The notes: generated by a model not told the origin, from the letters alone. Counted from the stretch's first letter, positions 1 to 10,004 are shown. The stretch is DNA of 64,000 nucleotides from an uncultured delta proteobacterium (GCA_963823335.1 CAWGLD010000001.1:896001-960000), one strand, 5' to 3'. Numbers and translations are program-made.

Positions 1-12
1 TTAATGTAAGAC

Positions 13-1281
13 ATGACAGATATTGTATTAATAGGGCTGAATCACACCACAGCACCGGTTGAACTCAGGGAGTGCATCGCGTTTACACCCGAGGATACCT
101 TCGTTGCCTTGGACCAGTTGAAACAGGAATCCGCCATTGATGAAGTGCTGGTCTATTCGACCTGCAACCGTGTTGAAATTCTTCTGGTTACCGGGGACAT
201 CCCTGCTGCCGTCGATATAACCAAGAAATTCATCGCCTCCATGCATCAGATTCCTTTGGAACGTTTCGAGAATTTTCTCTATTATTGGGAAAACGATGAT
301 GCCGTCAGGCATGTATTTCGTGTCGCGTCCAGTCTGGACTCCATGATAGTTGGAGAGCCTCAAATTCTGGGACAGATCAAATCGGCCTATCAAACCGCCA
401 CCCAGCGCAAAGCCTCCGCACTGATTCTGAATCGATTGCTGCATCGCGCTTTTTTTGTGGCAAAAAAAGTACGCACCGAAACAGGCATCGGTGACCGGGC
501 GGTATCCATCAGCTATGCCGCGATTGAGCTGAGCAAGAAAATCTTTGACTCCCTGCTAAAAAAGAAGGTGTTGATGATCGGTGCCGGAGAAATGGCTGAA
601 CTCGCGGTGGAACATCTGATCCGACAAAAAGTCGGGAATCTTTATGTTGCCAACCGGACATTTGAACGGGGTGTTTCACTGGCGGAAAGATACAAGGGGC
701 AGGCAGTCCGAATGGAAGAAATACCTCGGTGCCTTGAACAGGTCGATATCATTATCAGTTCAACCGGATCATCCGAACTGGTTATCCAACGCGACCAGGT
801 AAAAACCGCCATGCGTGTCCGACGAAACAGGCCTTTGTTCTTTATCGACATCGCCGTTCCGCGGGACATTGACCCGGAAATCAACCGATTGGACAATGCA
901 TATGTCTATGATGTCGATGATCTCCAGAACATTATCAAAGAAAATCTCGAAGATCGCAAAAAAGAGGCCTTGAAAGGGGAAAGAATCGTGGACGAGGCGG
1001 TTATCCGTTTTCGAGACTGGTACGACAACCTGAATGTCGTTCCAACCATTGTCGATCTCAGAAACAAATTACGCAAAATTATCGAAAATGAGCTTCACAG
1101 AACGATTCCGGATCTCAAACAGGCTCCGGTAGCAGATCAGGAAGCCCTGCAGAAAATGGCAGGAACGATGGTCAATAAGATTATGCATGATCCCACCCGT
1201 CTCTTGAAGACGGAGGGACACCACATCAACAAGCCTGTCTATCTGGATTTGCTGCGCAGGCTTTTCAACCTGGACGATTAA
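13..1281 (+). CDS. hemA: Glutamyl-tRNA reductase
   Basis: STCNRVE catalytic motif, LDSMIVGEPQILGQ, GAGEM nucleotide-binding motif, DIAVPRDI. Confidence 0.97.
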   Translation: MTDIVLIGLNHTTAPVELRECIAFTPEDTFVALDQLKQESAIDEVLVYSTCNRVEILLVTGDIPAAVDITKKFIASMHQIPLERFENFLYYWENDDAVRHVFRVASSLDSMIVGEPQILGQIKSAYQTATQRKASALILNRLLHRAFFVAKKVRTETGIGDRAVSISYAAIELSKKIFDSLLKKKVLMIGAGEMAELAVEHLIRQKVGNLYVANRTFERGVSLAERYKGQAVRMEEIPRCLEQVDIIISSTGSSELVIQRDQVKTAMRVRRNRPLFFIDIAVPRDIDPEINRLDNAYVYDVDDLQNIIKENLEDRKKEALKGERIVDEAVIRFRDWYDNLNVVPTIVDLRNKLRKIIENELHRTIPDLKQAPVADQEALQKMAGTMVNKIMHDPTRLLKTEGHHINKPVYLDLLRRLFNLDD

Positions 1282-1360
1282 CTATTTTGAATTGTTGGTT
1301 AAAAAAAATATAAATGCCCCTTGCCCAACCCAGACAAACCGGAAAAGAAAAAGATATTTT

Positions 1361-1440
1361 ATCACGAAAACACGAAAGTACGACACCACGAAAACGACCA
1401 TGAAACTTTTCGTGGTTTTCAGATTTCGTGTTTTCGTGAT
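1361..1440. repeat. Nested intergenic palindrome (CACGAAA type)
   Basis: ATCACGAAAACACGAAA (1361-1377) is the exact reverse complement of 1424-1440; inner ACCACGAAAA/TTTTCGTGGT pair. Confidence 0.85.
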
Positions 1441-1507
1441 TGCTTTTATTTTTCTTGCCACAAAACACACAAATTTTACAGTTAAAGGACTAACCAGGAG
1501 ACTTCAC

Positions 1508-2446
1508 ATGAAAAAAATAGCGTTTTTATTTCCCGGTCAAGGCTCCCAACGCATTGGTATGGGCCTCGAGTTTTATCAGGCATCTGATATTGTTCGGGAA
1601 GTTTTCGACATGGCAGAAGAGCTGGTTAAAATCAATTTGTCAAAACTTTGTTTCAAGGGCCCCATGGAGGATTTGACCGCCACCGTGAACCTTCAACCGG
1701 CGTTGACCGCGATCAATCTGTCCACCCTGGCGGTAATTCAAAAGGAGGGCATCAGGGCCGATGTCACGGCAGGCCACAGTCTGGGTGAGTACAGCGCCTT
1801 ATGTGCCGCCGCCGTTATTTCAAAGGAAAACACCATCCGGGCTGTCATGAAAAGAGGCGAGTTGATGCACCGCGAAGCCGCACGGCAGAAAGGCGCCATG
1901 TCTGCGATTATCGGGCTTCCCATTGAAGCGGTAGAGGATATCGTCACCAAGGCCGGGTCAGACGGTATCGTATCCGTTGCAAATCACAATACCAAGGAAC
2001 AGATCGTGATTACCGGGGAACCGGCGGCTGTCCTGAAGGCAGCCACCCTGGCTGTCGCCCAAAACGCCCGTTCGATTCCCTTAAAAGTGAGTGGTGCATG
2101 GCACAGCGCCTTGATTCAAGATGCAGAAAACGATTTCAAGGATTTTTTAGAGAGCATCCCGTTCAGCACGCCCCAGATGCCTGTGCTGCACAATGTGACG
2201 GCCGAGAGTACGAAAGATCCCCATGAAACTCGATCGCTGATGGTGAGACAGCTGTGTCACCCTGTTAAATGGTACGACATCATGTGCAGACTGATGGACC
2301 AAGAAATAGAAATATTTGTGGAGGTGGGTCCAGGAAACGTTCTTTCCGGACTTTTGAAAAAAACAATACCGGCAGGATACCGGTATCAGATTTTCACTGT
2401 TAGCAACATGAAAACACTTGAAATGTTCTTTGCAGCGGTTCTCTAA
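1508..2446 (+). CDS. fabD: Malonyl-CoA:ACP transacylase
   Basis: AFLFPGQGSQ, GHSLGEY, VSGAWHS, EVGPG; start moved to ATG 1508 after AGGAG RBS. Confidence 0.95.
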   Translation: MKKIAFLFPGQGSQRIGMGLEFYQASDIVREVFDMAEELVKINLSKLCFKGPMEDLTATVNLQPALTAINLSTLAVIQKEGIRADVTAGHSLGEYSALCAAAVISKENTIRAVMKRGELMHREAARQKGAMSAIIGLPIEAVEDIVTKAGSDGIVSVANHNTKEQIVITGEPAAVLKAATLAVAQNARSIPLKVSGAWHSALIQDAENDFKDFLESIPFSTPQMPVLHNVTAESTKDPHETRSLMVRQLCHPVKWYDIMCRLMDQEIEIFVEVGPGNVLSGLLKKTIPAGYRYQIFTVSNMKTLEMFFAAVL

Positions 2447-2697
2447 AAATCGTCCGGTTCTACCCAAACGATATGATTTTTATTGATAAAACGTGTCTTC
2501 CCCGACGTATCGATAGAGGAGACATCTACCATGACAATAAAAGACCGTTCGCCTTTCGTAAAAATGTCTGAAACTCTCTGATCCGGTGAAATGTTCACTT
2601 TTCCATTAAATGTCGAACCATCGATGGTTCTGACGGTAATGGATTTGTATTGCGTACTATAATTGTCTTCCGCCATGTCCATATCCATCTCCTCCAT
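2443..2697 (-). CDS. Small conserved hypothetical protein (DUF6812-like)
   Basis: RTIDGSTFNGKVNI...RVSD.F...FINKNHIVWVEP pattern typical of small deltaproteobacterial proteins; start may be a downstream Met. Confidence 0.65.
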   Translation of the reverse strand: MEEMDMDMAEDNYSTQYKSITVRTIDGSTFNGKVNISPDQRVSDIFTKGERSFIVMVDVSSIDTSGKTRFINKNHIVWVEPDDF

Positions 2698-2911
2698 TTC
2701 AGTCGAGTCCGAAAAAATCGTGCAATGATCTTTTTCTATATACGTTATCCGGCCGGTACTGACAACACCTAATTATCGTCCAAAAGTGCAAATGAAGACC
2801 CGTCACATGCATATTGTCCAGCTGTTTCAACATTAGGGCTTTACAGCATTTTATTTTTGTGCTATGCAAGCTTTTTTAGTAGATATTGCTCCATGATTTT
2901 GAGGTGCTATT

Positions 2912-3274
2912 ATGAAAAAGAAAGACACTGAATTTTTTAATGAACAACTGACGCAAAAATTAGAGTCCCTTCTCAATCAGGCGGATGATACCGTTTCCGG
3001 CATGACCGCACCCAAAGAGAATTTCCCGGATCCAACCGATCGTGCGGCCCTCGAATCCGACCGGAATTTCATGCTTAGAATTCGTGATCGAGAAAGCAAA
3101 CTCATCGATAAAATCAAAAAAGCGCTCACACGTATAGAAAACGGCACCTTTGGCATCTGCGAATCCTGTGGTGAGGACATCTCGATCCAGCGTTTGAAAG
3201 CCAGAATGGTAACGACCCAGTGTATCGATTGTAAAACAAAAGAGGAAGCATTCGAAAAGGCCCTTGGATTATAA
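2912..3274 (+). CDS. dksA: RNA polymerase-binding transcription factor DksA
   Basis: PDPTDRA coiled-coil tip, CESC...CIDC zinc finger, GAGG RBS. Confidence 0.95.
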   Translation: MKKKDTEFFNEQLTQKLESLLNQADDTVSGMTAPKENFPDPTDRAALESDRNFMLRIRDRESKLIDKIKKALTRIENGTFGICESCGEDISIQRLKARMVTTQCIDCKTKEEAFEKALGL

Positions 3275-4826
3275 AGAAAACATCAGCATCGATCTGCATA
3301 TTCACTCCACCGCCTCAGACGGCACCTTGACACCCTCAGAAATTATTTCACTGGCACACGAACTCGGATTGGGTGCCATTGCCATCACAGATCATGACAC
3401 GCTTGCCGGAGCAAAAGAAGCGCTTGGTCTCACCATACCCGCAACCATTGAATTGGTAACCGGTGTCGAAATCAGTGCAGGACCCATCACACCATTCGAC
3501 TCTGTCAGCAGTTATCACATTCTGGGATATTTTATGCGTATGGACGATCCTGTGCTGAACCAGACACTCGACGAACTTCAGCAAATTCGCCGGCAGCGAA
3601 ACCAGAAAATCATCCAGCGTCTGAACAGTATGGGTATCATGATAACCATGGAAGATATCCGAAAAGGGGTTGTCTCCGGTGAAATCGGTAGACCCCACAT
3701 TGCCACGGCCCTGTTGGAAAAAAATATTGTCCATTCCATCGATGAGGCCTTCGATGAATTTCTCGGCCAGGGGAAACCTGCCTATGTGGACAAACAACGG
3801 CTCACTTGCCGAAAAGCTATCCAAGTCATATCCGGTGCCGGTGGTGTTCCCGTTCTGGCCCACCCCGGGCTGCTGAATATCGACCAGGAAAGTGATCTGG
3901 AGACCTTGATTGTCGCTCTAAAAAAAAGGGGATTGAAAGGTGTCGAAGTCTACTATCCGGAACACTCGGATCAGCAGATCCAACAACTGCTCCGAATAGC
4001 CTCATCACATGACCTGCTTTTAACCGGCGGTACTGATTTTCATGGTGACTTGAAGCCGGAGTTGAAAATGGGTTCTGGATATGACGGTCTGCATGTGCCT
4101 TATGGTTTATTTGAAAGCTTGCGGCTATGCGCCCATGCACCGGACAATCTCTCAACGCTGGAAAAGAGACTCGGATACGTATTTCAGAACCGACGGATCG
4201 TGTCCGAAGCTGTCCGCCACAGCTCCTTTGTGAATGAGCAGGCAAATCCAGATATGCGCGACAATGAACGATTCGAATTTCTTGGAGACGCAGTGTTGAA
4301 TCTCGCTGTTGGGCATATTTTAATGGAGCGTCATCCGGACCTGAAAGAAGGAGATCTGACCAGAATCCGCTCGAATATGGTCAATGAAACCCAACTGGCG
4401 TCTTTGGCCCACTCTTTGAGCATTGGCAGCCACATTCTCTTTGGTAAGGGTGAATATCTCACCGGCGGACATCAAAAATGTTCGATTCTTGCCGATACCA
4501 TGGAAGCAATTATTGCCGCCATCTACCTGGATGGTGGGTATGATACCGCCTATGCCATGATCGAACAGCTCTTTTCAGATCTTTTCGATGCCGTCGGGAA
4601 AGGGGTACCATTTCTGGACTATAAAAGCGCACTTCAGGAAGAGGTTCAGTGCCAGGGCAAACCAGCACCGGAATACCGGATAATCGAAGAAAAGGGACCC
4701 GACCATGACAAAACCTTCAGTGTGCAGGCCGACGTATGCAGTCTTCAAGCGGTTGGAGAGGGAAAAAGCAAGAAAGCCGCCGAGCAGGATGCTGCGCGAA
4801 AAGCCCTGAATGCCTTGAAGTCCTGA
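3264..4826 (+). CDS. rnc: Fusion of PHP-family (TrpH/YciV, RNase AM-like) phosphoesterase with ribonuclease III
   Basis: First ~290 aa: DLHIHSTASDG, AITDHDT, GVEIS, HILGY, GRPHIA, VLAHP, TGGTDFHG. Last ~225 aa: NERFEFLGDAVL, ADTMEAIIAAIYLDGG, dsRBD (DYKSALQE...GPDHDKTF...GKSKKAAEQDAA). One uninterrupted frame, TTG start overlapping dksA. Confidence 0.9.
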   Translation: MDYKENISIDLHIHSTASDGTLTPSEIISLAHELGLGAIAITDHDTLAGAKEALGLTIPATIELVTGVEISAGPITPFDSVSSYHILGYFMRMDDPVLNQTLDELQQIRRQRNQKIIQRLNSMGIMITMEDIRKGVVSGEIGRPHIATALLEKNIVHSIDEAFDEFLGQGKPAYVDKQRLTCRKAIQVISGAGGVPVLAHPGLLNIDQESDLETLIVALKKRGLKGVEVYYPEHSDQQIQQLLRIASSHDLLLTGGTDFHGDLKPELKMGSGYDGLHVPYGLFESLRLCAHAPDNLSTLEKRLGYVFQNRRIVSEAVRHSSFVNEQANPDMRDNERFEFLGDAVLNLAVGHILMERHPDLKEGDLTRIRSNMVNETQLASLAHSLSIGSHILFGKGEYLTGGHQKCSILADTMEAIIAAIYLDGGYDTAYAMIEQLFSDLFDAVGKGVPFLDYKSALQEEVQCQGKPAPEYRIIEEKGPDHDKTFSVQADVCSLQAVGEGKSKKAAEQDAARKALNALKS

Positions 4827-4895
4827 CGGACGTTTCCATTGTCCATAACCCAATAGGGTGACACCGTTAAATCAACGACAACTTGGTTTTGTTGC

Positions 4896-5975
4896 GTGAC
4901 CAACATGACAACCGCCCCCCCTTCCAATTATCCAAACAAAAAAAAGGGCTCCCGCCCTTTCATCGTCCCTGTTTTCATTCCCCATGCCGGGTGCCCTCAG
5001 CAGTGTGCATTCTGCAACCAGACACACATTGCGGACCGTCCTGAAGATATGCCTTCAGTAAAAGAGGTCGAGGTGCAGATCACCCGTTTTTTAACGTATC
5101 ATCAACCCTACCATGGGGCAGCTCAGATATCGTTTTACGGCGGCACCTTTCTGGGGCTCGGAGAAGAAGGGATCCTCAGATTTCTGAGCCTTGCCAACCG
5201 ATTTGTTTCCCGGGGGCAGGCAACGAGCATCCGCTTTTCAACCCGCCCGGATACCATCACCCCAGCCATGCTTGACCTGATCCAGGCGTTTCCAGTCAGA
5301 ACCATTGAACTGGGCGTCCAATCCATGGATGACACGGTGCTGCAACGTTCCCTTCGCGGGCATACCGCCCTTGACACCCGTCTGGCCGTGCCTCTTTTAA
5401 AAGAACGCGGCTATGACGTCGGCCTCCAGATAATGATCGGTTTACCAGGTCAGGATGAATCCTCCGCCGTGTCAACCGCCCATGAGATCGCCGATCTTTT
5501 ACCGGACTTTGTGCGTATCTACCCGACAATTGTATTGAAAAACAGCCGCCTGGAAACATGGTATCAAAACGGATCCTATGCACCCCTTGCCCTGGATGCG
5601 GCCGTCAGCCAGGCAAAAACGCTCTATGGTTTCTTTCGGGAAAAACAGATACCGGTTATTCGAATGGGTCTCCAGGCGTCAGAAAGCCTCGATTTAGAAG
5701 GAACCGTTGTTGCCGGTCCCTATCATCCTGCTTTTGGCCACATGGTCCACGCAGAAATTTTTTTCGACAAGGCGGCCGCAGAACTCGCTCTGGAAACGAC
5801 ACGCATACACAAGACATCGTTTTTTGTTCATCCAAACAGCCTCCCGAAAATGAGAGGTTTTAAAAACACCAACATCAAACGCTTGAAGACAATTTTTCAA
5901 ATAGATTCAATTGAATTGGTACCGGATGCCTCTATTTCCGAAGAAACACTCCGTGTTGAGGTAGGAGAAAAATAA
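4896..5975 (+). CDS. Radical SAM protein (Elp3/YhcC-like, commonly next to rnc)
   Basis: FIPHAGCPQQCAFCNQ CxxxCxxC, FYGGTF, STRPD, IELGVQS, RIYPT; start 4896 GTG or 4905 ATG. Confidence 0.88.
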   Translation: MTNMTTAPPSNYPNKKKGSRPFIVPVFIPHAGCPQQCAFCNQTHIADRPEDMPSVKEVEVQITRFLTYHQPYHGAAQISFYGGTFLGLGEEGILRFLSLANRFVSRGQATSIRFSTRPDTITPAMLDLIQAFPVRTIELGVQSMDDTVLQRSLRGHTALDTRLAVPLLKERGYDVGLQIMIGLPGQDESSAVSTAHEIADLLPDFVRIYPTIVLKNSRLETWYQNGSYAPLALDAAVSQAKTLYGFFREKQIPVIRMGLQASESLDLEGTVVAGPYHPAFGHMVHAEIFFDKAAAELALETTRIHKTSFFVHPNSLPKMRGFKNTNIKRLKTIFQIDSIELVPDASISEETLRVEVGEK

Positions 5976-6161
5976 TTGAGTGCCTCGAGAATGAAATCCG
6001 AAAATCAACTGCTCAAATGATCCAAACCGGGCCTATGCTCTCGAAGATGATATGCTTTGTTTTGGTCATTGGGTGTGTTTAGGATTTCGATTTTCCCACG
6101 TCGGATTTAAATGGCGGCCGCTATCGATATTGCCAAATGGCACAGAACTGGTCCAAAAACC

Positions 6162-6698
6162 CTACACGTCTTCGGGGAGCCGGACCACCAGCACAGGTTT
6201 CTTTGATCGTCGCACCACCCGCCTGGCTGTGCTACCCATCATGGCGTCCGTGAGGGTTCCACGGCCATGGGTTCCCATGACAATCAGGTCGCAATGGTTT
6301 TCATTCGCCGTCTCGAGAATGACCTCCACAGGGTTTCCTCGTTTGACGATAACTTCATCAGACGGAATGGCATGCTCACCTAAATCCGCTTTGGCCTTGG
6401 CGCTGAATTCACCCAAAATTTCACTGATCAGGGCATGATCCCGGCGCTTGCCGATAAGGGCGTCCTTGGCTTCCTGCAAATTATTTTCTTTGATTGATTC
6501 CCATTGGGCTTCACCGATGTATCCACTGATGATGTTTTTATTTATGATATCTGGTACTTCCGACAGAACATGCAGTAGAATCAACTTGGCCTTGTACGAA
6601 TTCGCCAGACTGACGGCATAAGCAAAGGCATAGCGTGCGTTTTCAGAAAGATCGGTCGTATATAGGATAGTATTAATACTAACTTTTATTGGCTCCAT
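6162..6698 (-). CDS. Universal stress protein (UspA family)
   Basis: ILYTTDLS, DLIVMGTHG, GSTARRVVRRSKKPVLVV. Confidence 0.93.
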   Translation of the reverse strand: MEPIKVSINTILYTTDLSENARYAFAYAVSLANSYKAKLILLHVLSEVPDIINKNIISGYIGEAQWESIKENNLQEAKDALIGKRRDHALISEILGEFSAKAKADLGEHAIPSDEVIVKRGNPVEVILETANENHCDLIVMGTHGRGTLTDAMMGSTARRVVRRSKKPVLVVRLPEDV

Positions 6699-6744
6699 AA
6701 CACCCTCCGATGTGACCTGTTGTTATCGATAACGCGCCCATGGC

Positions 6745-8901
6745 TTAGTGCGCAACGGCCGCTGGTGCTTTCTTTCTCCTGCGCCGCTCATCAATCGGCA
6801 GGGTCAAATCGGGATTTTTTCGAATCCGTATTTTCTGCATGAAATAGACGATCACCCACAAACCAACCCCTGATATATCGACGAGAAATATCGGCACATC
6901 CAGACCGGTAACCCATAAAACGATGCGCGGAAAAAACAGTAGCAGTGTGGCTACGGCCGAGACAATCCACTCAGGCAGGTTTGTCGGGCAAAGAAAATAT
7001 CCCATGGTGAGACTGCCAAAGGCGATGGTTCCCAGCACAATGGTAACCCAGGTAGACACCACCTGAAACCAGGGGATGAAGTGCTCCGGCCCCCCCATCA
7101 GAAAGCCCGGTGAAAAAGCAAAGAGAAAGGGTCCAAGATACAGCATTTTGGCAAATTTAAAGGCAGTCCATCCGGTCTTCCAGGGGTCGGAGCCGGCAAT
7201 GGCTGCACCGGCATAGGCCGCAACGCAAACAGGCGGTGTGATGTTCGAATCCTGGCTGAACCAGTATACGATCATGTGGGATGCCAGAAGTGCCCAGCCG
7301 ACCTTCCCCATGAGTTCCAGACGCTTGGGATCGTCGGCCAGAAGGCTCCCGAGGGGCAGTTGCAGCTCCTGGAACGATACACCGAATGTGGTAAGGGATA
7401 TCATGTTGGACACCGCTCCCACGGCTAGCACCGCGGTGATGAGATAGGCGGCGGTGACCGGAACGCCCATGCCCAGAACCAGGCTCGCAAGACCGACGAG
7501 TAGAATCGCCAAAGGCAGAGAGCCGAAAGACAGCTCGATGATGATCTGGGAAAATTTCAGCCCGATACCCGTCAGCTGGATGGTTCCGACGATGATGCCG
7601 ATCACACCTACGGTGGCGCCAATAATGATGGTCTGACGCGCCCCCTCGTTCATGGCATTCAAGATCTCTTTCAGACCCATGCGCTTGTCCGCTGTCATCC
7701 AGCTGATGCCGACACACGAAATGATGGCCCAGAAGGCCGCATATCCGGGTGAAAAGCCGAGCAGCATCATGACCACGATGATCACCAGCGGCAAGGACAT
7801 AAACCATTGTTGTTTCAGGATATCCCAAGCCGTCGGTGCGTCGTCCTCCCTTATGCCCACAAGACCGTAGCGCTTGGCCTCGAAATGAATCATTACGAAA
7901 ACGGATAAAAAGTAGATCACGGCCGGGAAAATGGCCAGAAGCATAATCTTGACATACGGAATCTCGGTCATTTCCGCCATTAAAAAACCGCCGGCGCCCA
8001 TGATGGGGGGCATGAACATACCACCGATGGAAGCGGACGGTTCGATAGCCCCGGCGACATGGGGCCTGAATCCGGCTTTTTTCATCATGGGAATGGTGAA
8101 GGCGCCGGTGGAAACCGTGTTGGCGATGGCCGAGCCAGAAACCGAGCCGAAAAAACCCGAAGCGATGACGGCGACCTTGGCAGGCCCTCCAACCGACCTG
8201 CCGGCCAAGGCCATGGGCAGGTCGATAAAAAAACGGCTGGCCCCCGAGGCCCTGAGAAACGACCCGAAAAAGATGAACAAGATGACATAGGTCACCAGTA
8301 CAGTGGCCATGATGCCGAAGACCCCCTCCTGCTTGAAATAGATGTGGTTCAAGGAGCGGTCGAGGGCAAAGCCTGAGTGCGCAAAGGCCTTGAGAATCGG
8401 CACATGGTGGAGCAGATTACCCCAAAAGGCATATAATAGAAATACCACTCCCACAAGGGTCATGGACCATCCCAGCACCCGCCGCGCCACCTCCAGTGAA
8501 ACAAGAATGCCGATGGTGCTGACAAAGGTATCCATACGGGTTTCGGAACCCATGCGGTAGTTGATGGCCTCATACTCCATGATGTAGTAGCCCACCACGA
8601 AAACAGCCACCAACGCTATGACGATATCGGGTAAAGATGGGCGGTTATGCGGGGAAGAAGGCAGCATGGGATAGAGCAGAAACACCAAGACATATGTGAG
8701 CAGCACATATACGCCCAAAAAATACTGGGTGTCTACGGGAACCGCGGCACAATACAGATAGAACAAGACCATGAAGATGCACATGGCCGATGTGAGATAG
8801 TGCCAGGATCCTTCAAGGTTTCGACCGGCACGTTCATCTTTCTTAATGATTTCTTCCAGCTTTTCCTTGTCGGCACCAGCCGGCATATCATGTTCTGTCA
8901 T
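6745..8901 (-). CDS. TRAP transporter fused 4TM/12TM permease (TAXI type)
   Basis: GGPAKVAVIASGFFGSVSGSAIAN, STGAFTIPMMKK, MPPIMGA, ITPPV; start moved to ATG 8901 after GAGG RBS. Confidence 0.93.
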   Translation of the reverse strand: MTEHDMPAGADKEKLEEIIKKDERAGRNLEGSWHYLTSAMCIFMVLFYLYCAAVPVDTQYFLGVYVLLTYVLVFLLYPMLPSSPHNRPSLPDIVIALVAVFVVGYYIMEYEAINYRMGSETRMDTFVSTIGILVSLEVARRVLGWSMTLVGVVFLLYAFWGNLLHHVPILKAFAHSGFALDRSLNHIYFKQEGVFGIMATVLVTYVILFIFFGSFLRASGASRFFIDLPMALAGRSVGGPAKVAVIASGFFGSVSGSAIANTVSTGAFTIPMMKKAGFRPHVAGAIEPSASIGGMFMPPIMGAGGFLMAEMTEIPYVKIMLLAIFPAVIYFLSVFVMIHFEAKRYGLVGIREDDAPTAWDILKQQWFMSLPLVIIVVMMLLGFSPGYAAFWAIISCVGISWMTADKRMGLKEILNAMNEGARQTIIIGATVGVIGIIVGTIQLTGIGLKFSQIIIELSFGSLPLAILLVGLASLVLGMGVPVTAAYLITAVLAVGAVSNMISLTTFGVSFQELQLPLGSLLADDPKRLELMGKVGWALLASHMIVYWFSQDSNITPPVCVAAYAGAAIAGSDPWKTGWTAFKFAKMLYLGPFLFAFSPGFLMGGPEHFIPWFQVVSTWVTIVLGTIAFGSLTMGYFLCPTNLPEWIVSAVATLLLFFPRIVLWVTGLDVPIFLVDISGVGLWVIVYFMQKIRIRKNPDLTLPIDERRRRKKAPAAVAH

Positions 8902-8967
8902 GGCCGTTTCCTCTTGTCTTATGAAAATAGACGCCGTGTAGTGTCGGTTTCTGCGGCATTGAAACTC

Positions 8968-8998
8968 ATTGGAGAAGGACCTGACGTCCTTCTCCAAT
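8968..8998 (-). terminator. 13-bp hairpin between TAXI binding-protein gene and permease gene
   Basis: ATTGGAGAAGGAC/GTCCTTCTCCAAT perfect stem with 5-nt loop; no long U tract, so it may be an mRNA stabiliser rather than a terminator. Confidence 0.55.
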
Positions 8999-9026
8999 TC
9001 CCAAACAAAACGATTTATAACTTGTA

Positions 9027-10004
9027 CTACGGTTTGAGCTTGTCCGGAATTGATTTGCCCTGTTCGGCCCAGAACTTGGCAGCTCCCGGGTGCAGCTGAA
9101 CGGAGGCACCATCAAACCCGTTTTCCATGGTCGTCTCTTTTGCCGCCTTATGGGCCATGAGCAAGGTCTCCAAACCTTCCTTGGACCAAATGGACTTCGT
9201 GATAGCATAGATCAGATCTTCCGGCAGGTCTGCGTTCGTGCTCAATATACAGGAATCCTTAAAGCTTTTTGTTTCCGGCATGTCCTTTCCGTATGTTCCA
9301 GCGGGTATCACCGCGGGCGAATAGGCGAAAGCGTCATAGAAACCGCTCTTTTCAGCGTCCACACCCACATCGACTAGCCGGATCTTCACCTGCACGCTGG
9401 CCTCAATGACCGAGCTGTTTGGATAGCCCACCAGAACCCAGAAGGCATCGATTTTGCCGTCTTTGAAAGCACTGGCGGCGGCCGAGTAGCCCATAAAGGT
9501 CGGCTTGAAATTGTCCCAGACCCCGATGTGCCGGAAAAATCTTTCCGCGCTGGCCGCTGCACCCGATCCGGCATTTCCCACTGCAACGCGCTTGCCCTTC
9601 AGGTCGTAGGCGCTTTTGAATTCACTGTCCGCCCGTACGACGAGCTGGGCCGGTGCACCATACAGGTACCCTATGGATCGCAGTTTGTTATACTTGTTGG
9701 CATCCTGAGGCAGCAGCCCTTTGTATCCCAGGGCGCTGTCCACGGCATAACACAGTCCTAAATCCGATTCGCCGTTGTGTACACGCTTGACATTTTCCAC
9801 GGAGCCACCAGAGCCCACGGCGCTTGCCTGAATATCCGGGTTTGCTTTGGGAAGATATATCGCCATGCCGTTTGCAAACGTGTTGAAGGTCCCACCCGTG
9901 GGACCGCCGCCGATTTTAATGCTATGTTGCTGTGCCATCAACGGGGTAAGCATCAGGGCGAAAGCCGCCAGAGTCAAAATTGAGATCGATAGAAATTTCT
10001 TCAT
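9027..10004 (-). CDS. TAXI-family TRAP solute-binding protein
   Basis: Signal peptide, GGGPTGGTF, GSGGSVEN, DLKGKRVAVGNAGSG, LHPGA. Confidence 0.95.
   Translation of the reverse strand: MKKFLSISILTLAAFALMLTPLMAQQHSIKIGGGPTGGTFNTFANGMAIYLPKANPDIQASAVGSGGSVENVKRVHNGESDLGLCYAVDSALGYKGLLPQDANKYNKLRSIGYLYGAPAQLVVRADSEFKSAYDLKGKRVAVGNAGSGAAASAERFFRHIGVWDNFKPTFMGYSAAASAFKDGKIDAFWVLVGYPNSSVIEASVQVKIRLVDVGVDAEKSGFYDAFAYSPAVIPAGTYGKDMPETKSFKDSCILSTNADLPEDLIYAITKSIWSKEGLETLLMAHKAAKETTMENGFDGASVQLHPGAAKFWAEQGKSIPDKLKP

Noticed and set aside
1292-1507. N-terminal extension of FabD and small antisense ORFs
   Set aside because: They arise from the palindrome; the conserved FabD start with RBS is at 1508.
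5993-6110. Degenerate inverted repeat between the radical SAM and usp genes
   Set aside because: Only short patches pair (AAATCCGA/TCGGATTT, AAATGATCCAAAC/GTTTTGGTCATT); too decayed to call confidently.
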